DNA of 64,000 nt from Candidatus Sulfotelmatobacter sp. GTDB taxonomy: Bacteria; Acidobacteriota; Terriglobia; Terriglobales; Acidobacteriaceae. Shown piece after piece: positions 1 to 8,345 of this stretch (its first letter is position 1; every line of letters starts with the position of its first letter). Where the stretch lies: the NCBI GenBank assembly GCA_035949755.1, contig DASYYT010000092.1, forward strand, positions 4,619 to 68,618, written 5' to 3'. A program made the position numbers and the translations under genes. The notes beneath the pieces were generated by a model. It had not been told where the DNA came from. It worked only from the letters and a program-made list of their open reading frames with translations, and made no database searches.

Positions 1-6
1 ACCTAG

Positions 7-2400
7 ATGCCCTTGCAGATCTATCGATTACGGCGAATCATGGCCGCGACCGCGGTGTTGCTGACAGCCATCGTCGGGGGAATGTATTTCTACGCCCGGT
101 CGAAGGCGAACAATGTTTTAAAAAACCTTCCCGGCAAAATCGGCTACAACATCAAGCAGACGGCAAAGGGATTCCAGATTTCGAAATCAGACGGAAAGCG
201 AACGCTTTTCAGCGTTCAGGCGAGTGACGTAAAAGAGTTCAAGCTCAACGGCAACGCCGAACTGCACAACGTCAGCATCCTGCTCTACGGACGCGATTCC
301 TCGCGCTTTGACCAGATCTACGGCGACGATTTCGCCTACAACCAGAAGACGGGGGAAGTGAGGGCCAATGGCGCCGTACAGATTGATCTGGTGGCCAATC
401 CAGCCGGGCTTGCCAGCCCCGATCAATCGACTCCCAAGGAACTCAAGAATGCGATTCATCTGAAGACCCGCGACCTGGTGTTCAACAAGAACACGGGGAA
501 TGCCTCGACCGACGCCCGCGTCGAATTCAGCACGCCGCAAGCCAGCGGATGGGCCGTGGGCGTGAAGTACGCGGGCAAGAGCAACACGCTGACCCTGTCG
601 TCACAGATTCACATTGCGCTGGCCGGACCTACGAGCGCGGTGCTGGAAGCCGAGCATGGCCTCATCACCAATGATCCACGGGAGATCGTTCTGGATCGTC
701 CGCATCTCTCGCGCCCGGACGGAAATGTTCAGGCGGATCGAGCGACTTTCTATCTCACTGCCGAGAACCATGTCAACCGAGTCCTGGCCAGCGGCAACGT
801 GAGTACGGAGGCGCGCAGGGGAACCGCGAAGTCCGCAGAGCGGACGACGATGCACGCCCTCGCCGATGATGCCGAGTTCGTGTTTGTGCCTGACCAGGAT
901 ATGCTCCAGAGCGCGATTCTCACCGGCAACGTGCATGTGGACGAAACTGGAACCGAGGCCATGCAGGGCGATGCCGGGCGCGTGATTCTCGATTTCGCCG
1001 GACGAAATCAGCTGCAGACAGTCCATGCGCTCGACGGCGCTCGCATCATGCAGAAATCGGCGGGTGGGAAAACGACCTCCAAGCAGGATATCGTATCAGG
1101 TCCACAAGACTTTGAACTGACAGCACCGGCAATCAATTTCGCTGTCGCGCAAGGCCATATTCTGCGGCATGCCTCAACGTCGGGCGCGGCGCAGATCGCG
1201 ATTCTCCAGGGTCAAGAGAGCGCCACGGGATCTACGCCGCGGCAAAGAACTGTCGTGACCGCAAAGAGATTCGACGCCGACTTTGTGGAGTCCGGAGGGC
1301 GCAATCACCTGGCCAGCATTCACGGTGATCCTGCCGCCCGCATCGTCAACAAAATTCCCGGACAGCCCGATCGCATAAGCACGAGCGACTCGATCGATGC
1401 CGCATTCTTGCCGCAAGGAGGCATCGAATCGCTCGTACAGACAGGCACTGTGGCTTACTCGGACGGCCAAGCAGCCGACAAAAGAACGCAAGCCTGGGCA
1501 GATTCCGCCCGCTACACACCCGCCGACCAGATGCTGGTTCTTGCCGGCAGCCCGCGTATCGCGAACGGCGGAATGGCAACCACCGCCGATTCCATTCGTA
1601 TTAACCGAGGCACGGGCGACGCTTTGGCAGACGGCAATGTTAAGAGCACCTACAGCGAGTTGAAAGAGCAGCCCAATGGCGCGTTGTTGGCTTCGTCTTC
1701 ACCGATCCACGTCACCGCGCGCAGCATGACAGCGCATAACTCTCCGGTCATTGCGCAATACACCGGCAGCGTACGGCTGTGGCAGGACGCCAATGTAGTG
1801 GAGGCGCCATCCCTGCAGTTTGATCGCGAGCACCGTTCCGTCACTGCGCAAGGGACCCCCGCCAAACCGGTGCAGACCATTCTGGAGCAGGCGGCAAAGG
1901 CAGCAGTTGAAAACAGCGCCGCCAAAAACGGCGCAACTGTCAGCAAGAGGCTGTCCAGTTCAACCGCAGCGCTGCCCATTACGATTACTGCGTTGAGGCT
2001 AACCTACACGGATTCTACGCGAATCATCCACTACGAAGGTGGGGTCAATGCCAAGAGCGCGGACTTCACGGCGTCTGCCCGAACGCTGAACGCCTACCTG
2101 TTGCCCCATAGTCAAACCTTGGCGAATCAGTCGCTTGCAGCCCCGGGGCAACTGGATCACATGGTCGCCGAAGGCGATGTGGTGATTCAGCAGCCGAACC
2201 GAAAGGCGGAGGGAGAGAAGCTGGTTTATACGGCGGCGGATGACAAGTTCGTCCTGACGGGCGGACCGCCTAGCATTTTTGATGCCGAACAGGGCAAGAT
2301 TACCGGGGTTTCGTTGACTTTCTTTAGACGCGATGATAGGGTGCTGGTAGAAGGCGAAGCGAGCAGTCCTGTGGTAACGACGACGCGAGTGGCACGATAA
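7..2400 (+). CDS. Very long membrane-anchored LptC/LptA (OstA)-family LPS-transport protein
   Basis: 797-aa ORF starting at ATG 7. It has an N-terminal TM anchor (AATAVLLTAIVGGMYFY) followed by several OstA/LptA-like beta segments. The C-terminal part (GDVVIQQPNRKAEGEKLVYTAADDKFVLTGGPPSIFD) looks like canonical LptA. The TAA stop directly abuts the lptB ATG. Call rests on motifs and synteny only. Confidence 0.6.
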   Translation: MPLQIYRLRRIMAATAVLLTAIVGGMYFYARSKANNVLKNLPGKIGYNIKQTAKGFQISKSDGKRTLFSVQASDVKEFKLNGNAELHNVSILLYGRDSSRFDQIYGDDFAYNQKTGEVRANGAVQIDLVANPAGLASPDQSTPKELKNAIHLKTRDLVFNKNTGNASTDARVEFSTPQASGWAVGVKYAGKSNTLTLSSQIHIALAGPTSAVLEAEHGLITNDPREIVLDRPHLSRPDGNVQADRATFYLTAENHVNRVLASGNVSTEARRGTAKSAERTTMHALADDAEFVFVPDQDMLQSAILTGNVHVDETGTEAMQGDAGRVILDFAGRNQLQTVHALDGARIMQKSAGGKTTSKQDIVSGPQDFELTAPAINFAVAQGHILRHASTSGAAQIAILQGQESATGSTPRQRTVVTAKRFDADFVESGGRNHLASIHGDPAARIVNKIPGQPDRISTSDSIDAAFLPQGGIESLVQTGTVAYSDGQAADKRTQAWADSARYTPADQMLVLAGSPRIANGGMATTADSIRINRGTGDALADGNVKSTYSELKEQPNGALLASSSPIHVTARSMTAHNSPVIAQYTGSVRLWQDANVVEAPSLQFDREHRSVTAQGTPAKPVQTILEQAAKAAVENSAAKNGATVSKRLSSSTAALPITITALRLTYTDSTRIIHYEGGVNAKSADFTASARTLNAYLLPHSQTLANQSLAAPGQLDHMVAEGDVVIQQPNRKAEGEKLVYTAADDKFVLTGGPPSIFDAEQGKITGVSLTFFRRDDRVLVEGEASSPVVTTTRVAR

Positions 2401-3129
2401 ATGCGTACCCTGGCCACGGAAGAAATCGGCAAATCCTATCGTGGCCGCCGCGTTGTAAACGGGGTTAGCCTGCGGGTCGACCAAGGCGAAGTTGTTGGTT
2501 TATTAGGCCCTAACGGCGCAGGCAAGACCACCACCTTTTACGCGATTGTTGGCCTGATCCCCCCTGATACTGGCCGCGTGCTGTACGACGGTCAAGATAT
2601 CACCGACGTTCCCATGTATCTGCGGGCCCGTCAGTATGGCATCAGCTATCTCCCACAAGAAGCATCGGTTTTTCGCAAGTTAACGGTCGAGGAAAACATC
2701 CTCGCGGTTTTGGAAGCGCAGCCGATTTCCTGGCACGAACGCCGCGAGAAGATGGAAAAGTTCATTGACGAACTGGGATTGGAGCACATCCGGCAAAACC
2801 GCGGATACGCTCTATCCGGTGGAGAGCGGCGGCGCGTGGAAATTGCCCGCTGCCTGTGCATCAATCCCACTTTTATTCTGCTGGATGAACCGTTTTCAGG
2901 GATCGACCCCATCGCCGTTCTCGACTTGCAGAAGATCATCAGTAGCCTGCGAGCCAGCGGCATAGGAGTATTGATCACGGATCACAACGTTCGCGAAACG
3001 CTTTCGGTGACCGACCGTGCCTACATCATCGATGACGGCAGAATCTTCCGTCACGGGCAGCCCGGCCAACTGGCAGGTGATCCGGAAGTGAGAAGGGTGT
3101 ACTTGGGCGAGAGTTTCTCGCTGGTGTGA
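2401..3129 (+). CDS. lptB: LPS export ABC transporter ATP-binding protein LptB
   Basis: Walker [13 protein letters not shown] signature [13 protein letters not shown] and Walker B ILLDEPF. The 242-aa gene sits between the lptA-like gene and rpoN, as in the classical lptB-rpoN arrangement. Confidence 0.9.
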   Translation: MRTLATEEIGKSYRGRRVVNGVSLRVDQGEVVGLLGPNGAGKTTTFYAIVGLIPPDTGRVLYDGQDITDVPMYLRARQYGISYLPQEASVFRKLTVEENILAVLEAQPISWHERREKMEKFIDELGLEHIRQNRGYALSGGERRRVEIARCLCINPTFILLDEPFSGIDPIAVLDLQKIISSLRASGIGVLITDHNVRETLSVTDRAYIIDDGRIFRHGQPGQLAGDPEVRRVYLGESFSLV

Positions 3130-3140
3130 GATTTTAGTGT

Positions 3141-3242
3141 GAGGTTTCAAGGTTTCAGAGTTTCAAGGTTTCAAAGTGAAAAGCTGAAACTCGGGTCCGT
3201 GAAACTTTGAAACATTGAAACATTGAAACTTTGAATTGAAAC
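3141..3242. repeat. Imperfect inverted repeat built from tandem 8-nt words (GTTTCAAG / CTTGAAAC)
   Basis: The left arm (3143-3177) is gtttcaaggtttcagagtttcaaggtttcaaagt. The right arm (3201-3242) is gaaactttgaaacattgaaacattgaaactttgaattgaaac. The arms are complementary with 1-2 mismatches per word. The element is AT-rich and ends 1 nt before the rpoN ATG. Confidence 0.75.
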
Positions 3243-5066
3243 ATGGTCTTACTCCAGCACAAGCTCAGCGTAAAACTGTCGCAGCGCCAGATCCTTACCC
3301 CTGGCCTGGTGCAGATGGTTTCTGTCCTCGCGCTCAATAAGCTTGAGCTCAAGGACATGATCAACGCTGAGATGGTCGAGAATCCGGTTCTTGAAGAGCT
3401 GGAAGATTCGGTTCCGCTGCTCGACGAAATCGGCAAGAAGGAGGAAGACCGGGACCGCGCCGCCGCGGCAACCGCGGAAGAAAACCCCATCACGGCCGTC
3501 GAGAAGAAAGATCCCTTCGAAGAGATCGACTTTGGATCATTTTTCCAGGATTATCTCGATCCCGGGTACCGCACGAATAGCGAGATGGAGGACATCGAGC
3601 GGCCGTCGTTCGAGAATTTCCTGTCGAAGCCGTCGAATCTCACGGACCATCTAGCTTGGCAACTGGGCTCGCTAAGCCTGAGTCCTGCCGTTCGTGAGGC
3701 GGCCGATCTCATCATCGGGAATCTCAACGAAGATGGCTATCTGATCGCGAGTGACGAGGAACTGCTGGGCGTGGCACCTGCGGCACCGCCGGAGGCCGAC
3801 GCCGAAACCGCGAAGAACATCGTAAATGAAGCGCAGGCCCTAGGCATTGCAGAGGTGGCCGAGGGGACCGAGCTTGGGATCACCGAGGCTGGAATAGAAG
3901 AGGCGTCCGCAGGAATCGAAGAATCCGGCAACGGATCCCATCTTGATCTGGCCGCGGGGCCTGCTGCTGGTAACGTAATATCTCCCGCATCGGCTGCTCC
4001 TCTGGCAGAAGCAGCTTTTTCAACGAATGGCGGCAACGGTGCAGCCGCCGTCGCTCCCGCGCCAGAAGCCGCGAACCATGCTGCGCCCGTTTACAAGCCC
4101 AGATTCACCTCTGCCGAATTGCAGGAAGCGCTGCAGGTCGTGCAACAACTTGATCCTCCGGGGGTCGGTTGCCGCGATTTGCGCACGTGTCTGCTCAATC
4201 AACTTCGCTTCCATCAAGCGCAACTGGAGCAAAACAAGAACGGCAACGGCACAGCGCAGGTTCTTCAGGACGCGATCGCCGTCGTCGACAACCACTTGCG
4301 CGGCGTGCAGAACAAGCAGCACAAGGAAATCGCAAAGGCGATCGGGCGCCCCATTGAGGCAGTGCAGCAGGCGCTGGACTATATCCGCACGCTCGATCCA
4401 CGTCCCGGCCTGCAATACAACAAGATCCAGGCCCGCCTGATCGAGCCCGACGTCGCCTTCGTCAAGCATGGAGACGAGTGGCTGGTCATCATGAACGATG
4501 AAGACCTGCCGCAGCTGCGCTTGAATCCGGCTTACAAGAAATTAGTCACGCGCGACGGCACCAACGACAAGAGCACGCGCGACTATGTGAAAGAGCGCTA
4601 CAAGAGCGCCATCCAGCTGATCAAGAACATCGAGCAGCGCAAGCAGACCATCACCAAAGTCTGCTATTCCATCGTCGCGCGGCAGCAGGATTTTCTCGAA
4701 CGCGGGATCGATCAACTCAAACCCATGATGATCAAGGAGGTGGCCGAAGAGATCGGCGTGCATCCTTCGACGGTAAGCCGTGCTGTGGCCAACAAATACG
4801 CCCATACACCACAAGGCGTATTCGAGTTGCGATACTTCTTCAGCGAGAGCGTGCAAGGCCCGGAGGGTGGCGGTACTTCGCTGCTGATCCTCAAGCGCCG
4901 CGTCAAGAAACTCATCGAGGAAGAGGATGCCACCCGTCCATTGACCGACGAGCAGATCACTCGCATCCTGCAGTCTCAAGGGATCCAGGTGACCCGGCGG
5001 ACGGTAGCCAAATACCGCGAAGACATGCGCATTCCCAGCACGCACCAGCGCCGGGTAAAAAAATAG
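3243..5066 (+). CDS. rpoN: RNA polymerase sigma-54 factor RpoN
   Basis: Region I is present (KLSQRQILTPGLVQMVSVLALNKLEL). The C-terminus carries the HTH and RpoN box (RRTVAKYRE). At 607 aa it is long because of a low-complexity Ala/Glu/Gly-rich insert. Confidence 0.92.
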   Translation: MVLLQHKLSVKLSQRQILTPGLVQMVSVLALNKLELKDMINAEMVENPVLEELEDSVPLLDEIGKKEEDRDRAAAATAEENPITAVEKKDPFEEIDFGSFFQDYLDPGYRTNSEMEDIERPSFENFLSKPSNLTDHLAWQLGSLSLSPAVREAADLIIGNLNEDGYLIASDEELLGVAPAAPPEADAETAKNIVNEAQALGIAEVAEGTELGITEAGIEEASAGIEESGNGSHLDLAAGPAAGNVISPASAAPLAEAAFSTNGGNGAAAVAPAPEAANHAAPVYKPRFTSAELQEALQVVQQLDPPGVGCRDLRTCLLNQLRFHQAQLEQNKNGNGTAQVLQDAIAVVDNHLRGVQNKQHKEIAKAIGRPIEAVQQALDYIRTLDPRPGLQYNKIQARLIEPDVAFVKHGDEWLVIMNDEDLPQLRLNPAYKKLVTRDGTNDKSTRDYVKERYKSAIQLIKNIEQRKQTITKVCYSIVARQQDFLERGIDQLKPMMIKEVAEEIGVHPSTVSRAVANKYAHTPQGVFELRYFFSESVQGPEGGGTSLLILKRRVKKLIEEEDATRPLTDEQITRILQSQGIQVTRRTVAKYREDMRIPSTHQRRVKK

Positions 5067-5161
5067 ATTTGGTAATTTTGTGATCGGGTAATTGGGAAAT
5101 TGAAAACCTTCCAATTCCGAGCTTCAAATGCCAAATTACGAAATTACCCAATTACAAAATC
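5067..5161. repeat. Imperfect inverted repeat built from 8-nt words (GGGTAATT / AATTACCC)
   Basis: The left arm (5067-5102) is atttggtaattttgtgatcgggtaattgggaaattg. The right arm (5125-5161) is caaatgccaaattacgaaattacccaattacaaaatc. About 70 percent of positions are complementary. The element starts right after the rpoN stop. Confidence 0.7.
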
Positions 5162-5216
5162 AACTTGAATGCAGTGCCCGATTTAGCTCATCGATGAATT
5201 CATAGGAGGGGCGCTC

Positions 5217-5825
5217 ATGAACGTGGAATACACCGGAAGACAGTACGAAGTTACCAATGCCATCCGCAAAGAAGTAGAAACCGGCCTCACCAAGATCCGC
5301 AAAATTCTAGGCGACCGATTTGAAACCAAGGTCATCCTGGCCGTTGAAAAACATCGCCACAAAGCTGAAATTACCATCAGCCCACGCAATGGGCCGCTGG
5401 TAGGACTGGCGCAAGCCAAGGACATGAGCATCGCCGTGAACGCAGCTCTCGATCATCTGGAAAAACAGGCGATCAAGTACAAGACGCGCTGGCAGGCGAA
5501 AAAGCGTTCCGCCCGCAAGAGTGAAGAAGTGAATAAATGGAACGGCCATTCCGGGCAAGAGGACATTCAGACGGCCGTCGGTCTTTCGGAAAAAACGGCG
5601 GTCCCGGTGCTCGTCCACAGATATCCCGCGGTCGCAAAGACCACAGAGGTTCACCTGGTCCGGTCCGAAGATGCAGTTGCGATGCGCCCCATGACGCTCG
5701 AAGAAGCAATCAAGGAAGCTCATTTCAAAGACCGCGATGTTTTCATCTTCCGCGATCCTAAAGGGAAAGTGATGGTCTTGCATCGCGCGAAGGACGGCAA
5801 GATGCAACTGATCGAAGTCCCGTAA
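5217..5825 (+). CDS. hpf: Ribosome hibernation promoting factor, long form
   Basis: N-terminal S30AE/HPF domain (MNVEYTGRQYEVTNAIRKEVE) plus a C-terminal dimerisation domain (FIFRDPKGKVMVLHRAKDGKMQLIE). SD aggagg lies 8 nt upstream. The gene is downstream of rpoN as in many bacteria. Confidence 0.88.
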   Translation: MNVEYTGRQYEVTNAIRKEVETGLTKIRKILGDRFETKVILAVEKHRHKAEITISPRNGPLVGLAQAKDMSIAVNAALDHLEKQAIKYKTRWQAKKRSARKSEEVNKWNGHSGQEDIQTAVGLSEKTAVPVLVHRYPAVAKTTEVHLVRSEDAVAMRPMTLEEAIKEAHFKDRDVFIFRDPKGKVMVLHRAKDGKMQLIEVP

Positions 5826-5856
5826 AAAAGCTGGCGGCTTTCACGCGCCAGTTCTC
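5825..5856. terminator. Candidate bidirectional hairpin terminator between hpf (+) and the convergent secreted-protein gene (-)
   Basis: Sequence aaaaagCTGGCGgctttcaCGCCAGttctc forms a 6-7 bp GC stem. It is flanked by an A-run on one side and a T-rich stretch on the other. Confidence 0.4.
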
Positions 5857-5876
5857 GGGTAATGCCTGGGAGGAAG

Positions 5877-6494
5877 TTAGTGAGGCGTAACCGGGACCGG
5901 TGGTGCACCTTGCGTCATGGATTCGAATGCCCGCGACTTGTCCACCGGCTGCCCGCTTGGAGTGATTGCCTCGACCGTCGCCTTTTCCATGGCAATCACC
6001 GATGCTTCTCTGGCGGACGTGGCTGGCTTCGTGATATTCGCCGCTAGTTCGTTGCTCATCGCCAGGACGGAGCGCCCGCTGCGGCTCGCGATGTCTTTGG
6101 CCCGGTCTTCCGAATAGACAAATTCGTGTCCAAACTCATCTCCCGGATAAAACCAGGCGCGCAGGGCATCTGGTTCGGCGGAGTACTTCGTCATGTCGAA
6201 TTTCAAAGTCGTATTTCCAGCCGGATGCAACGTGTAATCCGGCACCGTCAGGTCGGTGGCTATAAGATGCTGCCGGTCGGCAGTCCAAACTTGCACCAGA
6301 TTATGTTCCGGATCGCCCGGCACGAGGGTAAATAGATACGAGCCTGCGGGCAGCACCCTCCCGGGAATCTCAACTGGTGCAGTGAAAACTACTTTGGTCG
6401 TTTGATCCTTCTGATTTCCGCTGGCGGCGAATGCCGAAACTACACAGTTCGCCGCCAAGCAACAGCTTACAACCAGCACCCTGGCTCGCCTCAT
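5877..6494 (-). CDS. Secreted protein of unknown function (paralogue 1)
   Basis: I chose ATG at 6494, which has SD gggaga upstream. The signal peptide is MRRARVLVVSCCLAANCVVSAFA. It shares long conserved blocks with the next gene (PVEIPG.VLPAGSY.FTL, VQVW.ADRQHLIAT, LRAWFYPGD..GHEFVY). I recognise no family. Confidence 0.6.
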   Translation of the reverse strand: MRRARVLVVSCCLAANCVVSAFAASGNQKDQTTKVVFTAPVEIPGRVLPAGSYLFTLVPGDPEHNLVQVWTADRQHLIATDLTVPDYTLHPAGNTTLKFDMTKYSAEPDALRAWFYPGDEFGHEFVYSEDRAKDIASRSGRSVLAMSNELAANITKPATSAREASVIAMEKATVEAITPSGQPVDKSRAFESMTQGAPPVPVTPH

Positions 6495-6606
6495 AACATG
6501 ATCTCCCTTTTGACACCCGCACCGCGGCAACAGTTAGAGGGCCTCCCCAACCAGAGGGGTTGTCTCGCCCGCTAGCGCCGGCGAGAGAAGCAGGATGCCG
6601 CTGCCT

Positions 6607-7221
6607 TCAGCGCTGCGGCATGGTGGTCTGATTGGTGCTCTGCGGCATCTCTTGGAGCGCCTGCCCCTTGTCCACCTCTTGTCCGCTGGGATTGATCGCC
6701 TCGACCTTAGCGTGCTTCATAGCCACGACCGAAGGCTCCTTTGCGGATTTGGCTGGCTTGGTGATATTGCTGGCGTCCTCATCCCGCATCGACAAGACCG
6801 GTTGCCCAGTGCGCTTGGCGATTTCGCGGGCGCGGCTTTCCGGATAGACGAACTCGTGCCCATAGTTATCGCCGGGATAGAACCAGGCACGCAAGGCCTC
6901 GGGCTGATGCGAGTTCCGTTCTTCGAATCGGATAACGGTTTTCCCCGTGGAATGGAGATGGAAATCCGGTACGGTCAAAATGGTGGCTATTAAGTGCTGG
7001 CGGTCAGCGCCCCAGACCTGGACTACGTTATTATCTGGCTCGTCATTCATCAGAGTGAACCAATAGCTTCCCGCCGGCAGTACGACACCTGGAATTTCGA
7101 CCGGTTCACTGAAATCTACTTTGGTTGCTTGGTTCCACTGATCGGCGTGCGCCAGAGGTGTGAAAAGTGCCAAGAACAGCGCGACAACACAACTTGCGGC
7201 AAACAGGCTGATGCCTTTCAT
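6607..7221 (-). CDS. Secreted protein of unknown function (paralogue 2)
   Basis: I chose ATG at 7221, which has SD aaggag 7 nt upstream. The signal peptide is MKGISLFAASCVVALFLALFTPLAHA. It is a tandem paralogue of 5877-6494. Confidence 0.6.
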   Translation of the reverse strand: MKGISLFAASCVVALFLALFTPLAHADQWNQATKVDFSEPVEIPGVVLPAGSYWFTLMNDEPDNNVVQVWGADRQHLIATILTVPDFHLHSTGKTVIRFEERNSHQPEALRAWFYPGDNYGHEFVYPESRAREIAKRTGQPVLSMRDEDASNITKPAKSAKEPSVVAMKHAKVEAINPSGQEVDKGQALQEMPQSTNQTTMPQR

Positions 7222-7425
7222 CTTGATCTCCTTCAATGCTCGGCACCAGCGCCCCGCCAGTGACTTCTATATGGTAGGAAGCCTCCCTGAACGCTAAAGT
7301 TGTATGCTCAAGGCGCCGTTCAATGGATAACGTTCGGTGGTGGAGTACCCAGCGGTACTGAGCTATTCACACGTTTTAATAAGCGTGCGCGCCATGCTAG
7401 AATTCGCCGCGGGAGAAACTCACTC

Positions 7426-8316
7426 ATGAACTTCGGACGGCTTCCATACGCATTAGTATTTTTAATTTTCATGGCGCAGTTTTCCTTTGCACAACAGTCC
7501 TCCGGTGCCGCGAGACTGTCGGTTCATTGGGAGGAGCTCACGGCCTCCGACTTCCGCGAGGGCATTCACCGCTCACAAGGAACTTGCCTGCTTCCCTTCG
7601 GTATTCTGGAGAAACACGGTCCACATCTGCCGCTGGGCACCGATCTGCTCGACGTGCGCTACGCGGCTCTGCACGCCGCTGAACGAGAATATGCGGTCGT
7701 GTTCCCTGAGTATTATTTCGGACAAATTGCCGAAGCCCGCCACGAGCCCGGAACCATGGCCTACAGTCGCAGCCTACAACTGGCGCTGCTGCAGGAGACG
7801 ACGGACGAGATGGCGCGCAACGGCTGCAAGAAGATCCTGATCGTGAACGGCCACGGCGGCAACGACAGCCTTCTGCCCTATTTCGCGCAGACCCAACTCG
7901 ACAAGCCCCACGATTACGTCGTCTACGTCTTCGACGAGCGCACGCCCGAGCACGGTGGCCCGCCGAAGAAGACCAAGATCGACATGCACGCTGGGGAAAG
8001 CGAAACCTCGAAGATGATGATTTCCCACCCCGAACTCGTTCATCCCGAGCGCGCCAGCAGCGAATCCGGCGCCGATCAGGCCCGCCAAAAGCTGCCTGAG
8101 GACGTTTACACGGGCATCTGGTGGTACACACGGTTTCCCAACCACTACTCCGGGGAGGGCGCTGCCGCCACGAAGGAGTTAGGCGAATATCAGATGAACT
8201 GGTGGATCGATTCGATTGTGAAGGCGATCCGTGCTGTGAAAGCCGACGACGTCAGCCCCAAGCTGCAGCAGGAATTTTACGGAAAGAGCACGCACCCGCT
8301 GGATACGCAGCCATAA
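7426..8316 (+). CDS. Creatininase-family amidohydrolase with signal peptide
   Basis: Motifs EKHGPHLPLGTD, VNGHGGN and HAGESETS are typical of the creatininase fold. ATG 7426 has SD gggaga and encodes an N-terminal signal peptide (LVFLIFMAQFSFAQQ). The track ORF starts earlier at a non-ATG codon. Confidence 0.75.
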   Translation: MNFGRLPYALVFLIFMAQFSFAQQSSGAARLSVHWEELTASDFREGIHRSQGTCLLPFGILEKHGPHLPLGTDLLDVRYAALHAAEREYAVVFPEYYFGQIAEARHEPGTMAYSRSLQLALLQETTDEMARNGCKKILIVNGHGGNDSLLPYFAQTQLDKPHDYVVYVFDERTPEHGGPPKKTKIDMHAGESETSKMMISHPELVHPERASSESGADQARQKLPEDVYTGIWWYTRFPNHYSGEGAAATKELGEYQMNWWIDSIVKAIRAVKADDVSPKLQQEFYGKSTHPLDTQP

Positions 8317-8345
8317 TAGAAGGTCCAGCGTCGAGGAGGGTTTAC

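Noticed and set aside
3141-3242. Whether the 8-nt word arrays could be a CRISPR array or a minisatellite-encoded peptide.
   Set aside because: The units are only 8 nt with no unique spacers, no cas genes are present, and the arrays are outside ORFs. This is not CRISPR.
4542-5114. Long antisense or alternative-frame ORFs overlapping well-supported genes. Examples are 4542-5114(-), 11411-12391(-), 12267-12950(-), 19169-20101(-), 25997-26887(-), 31985-33106(+), 38202-39119(-), 54051-54821(-), 59365-60252(+) and 60957-61679(+).
   Set aside because: Each is fully overlapped by a gene with clear family motifs on the other strand or frame. The products are Arg/Pro/Gly/Ala-rich with no motifs. Long open frames of this kind are expected in GC-rich DNA.
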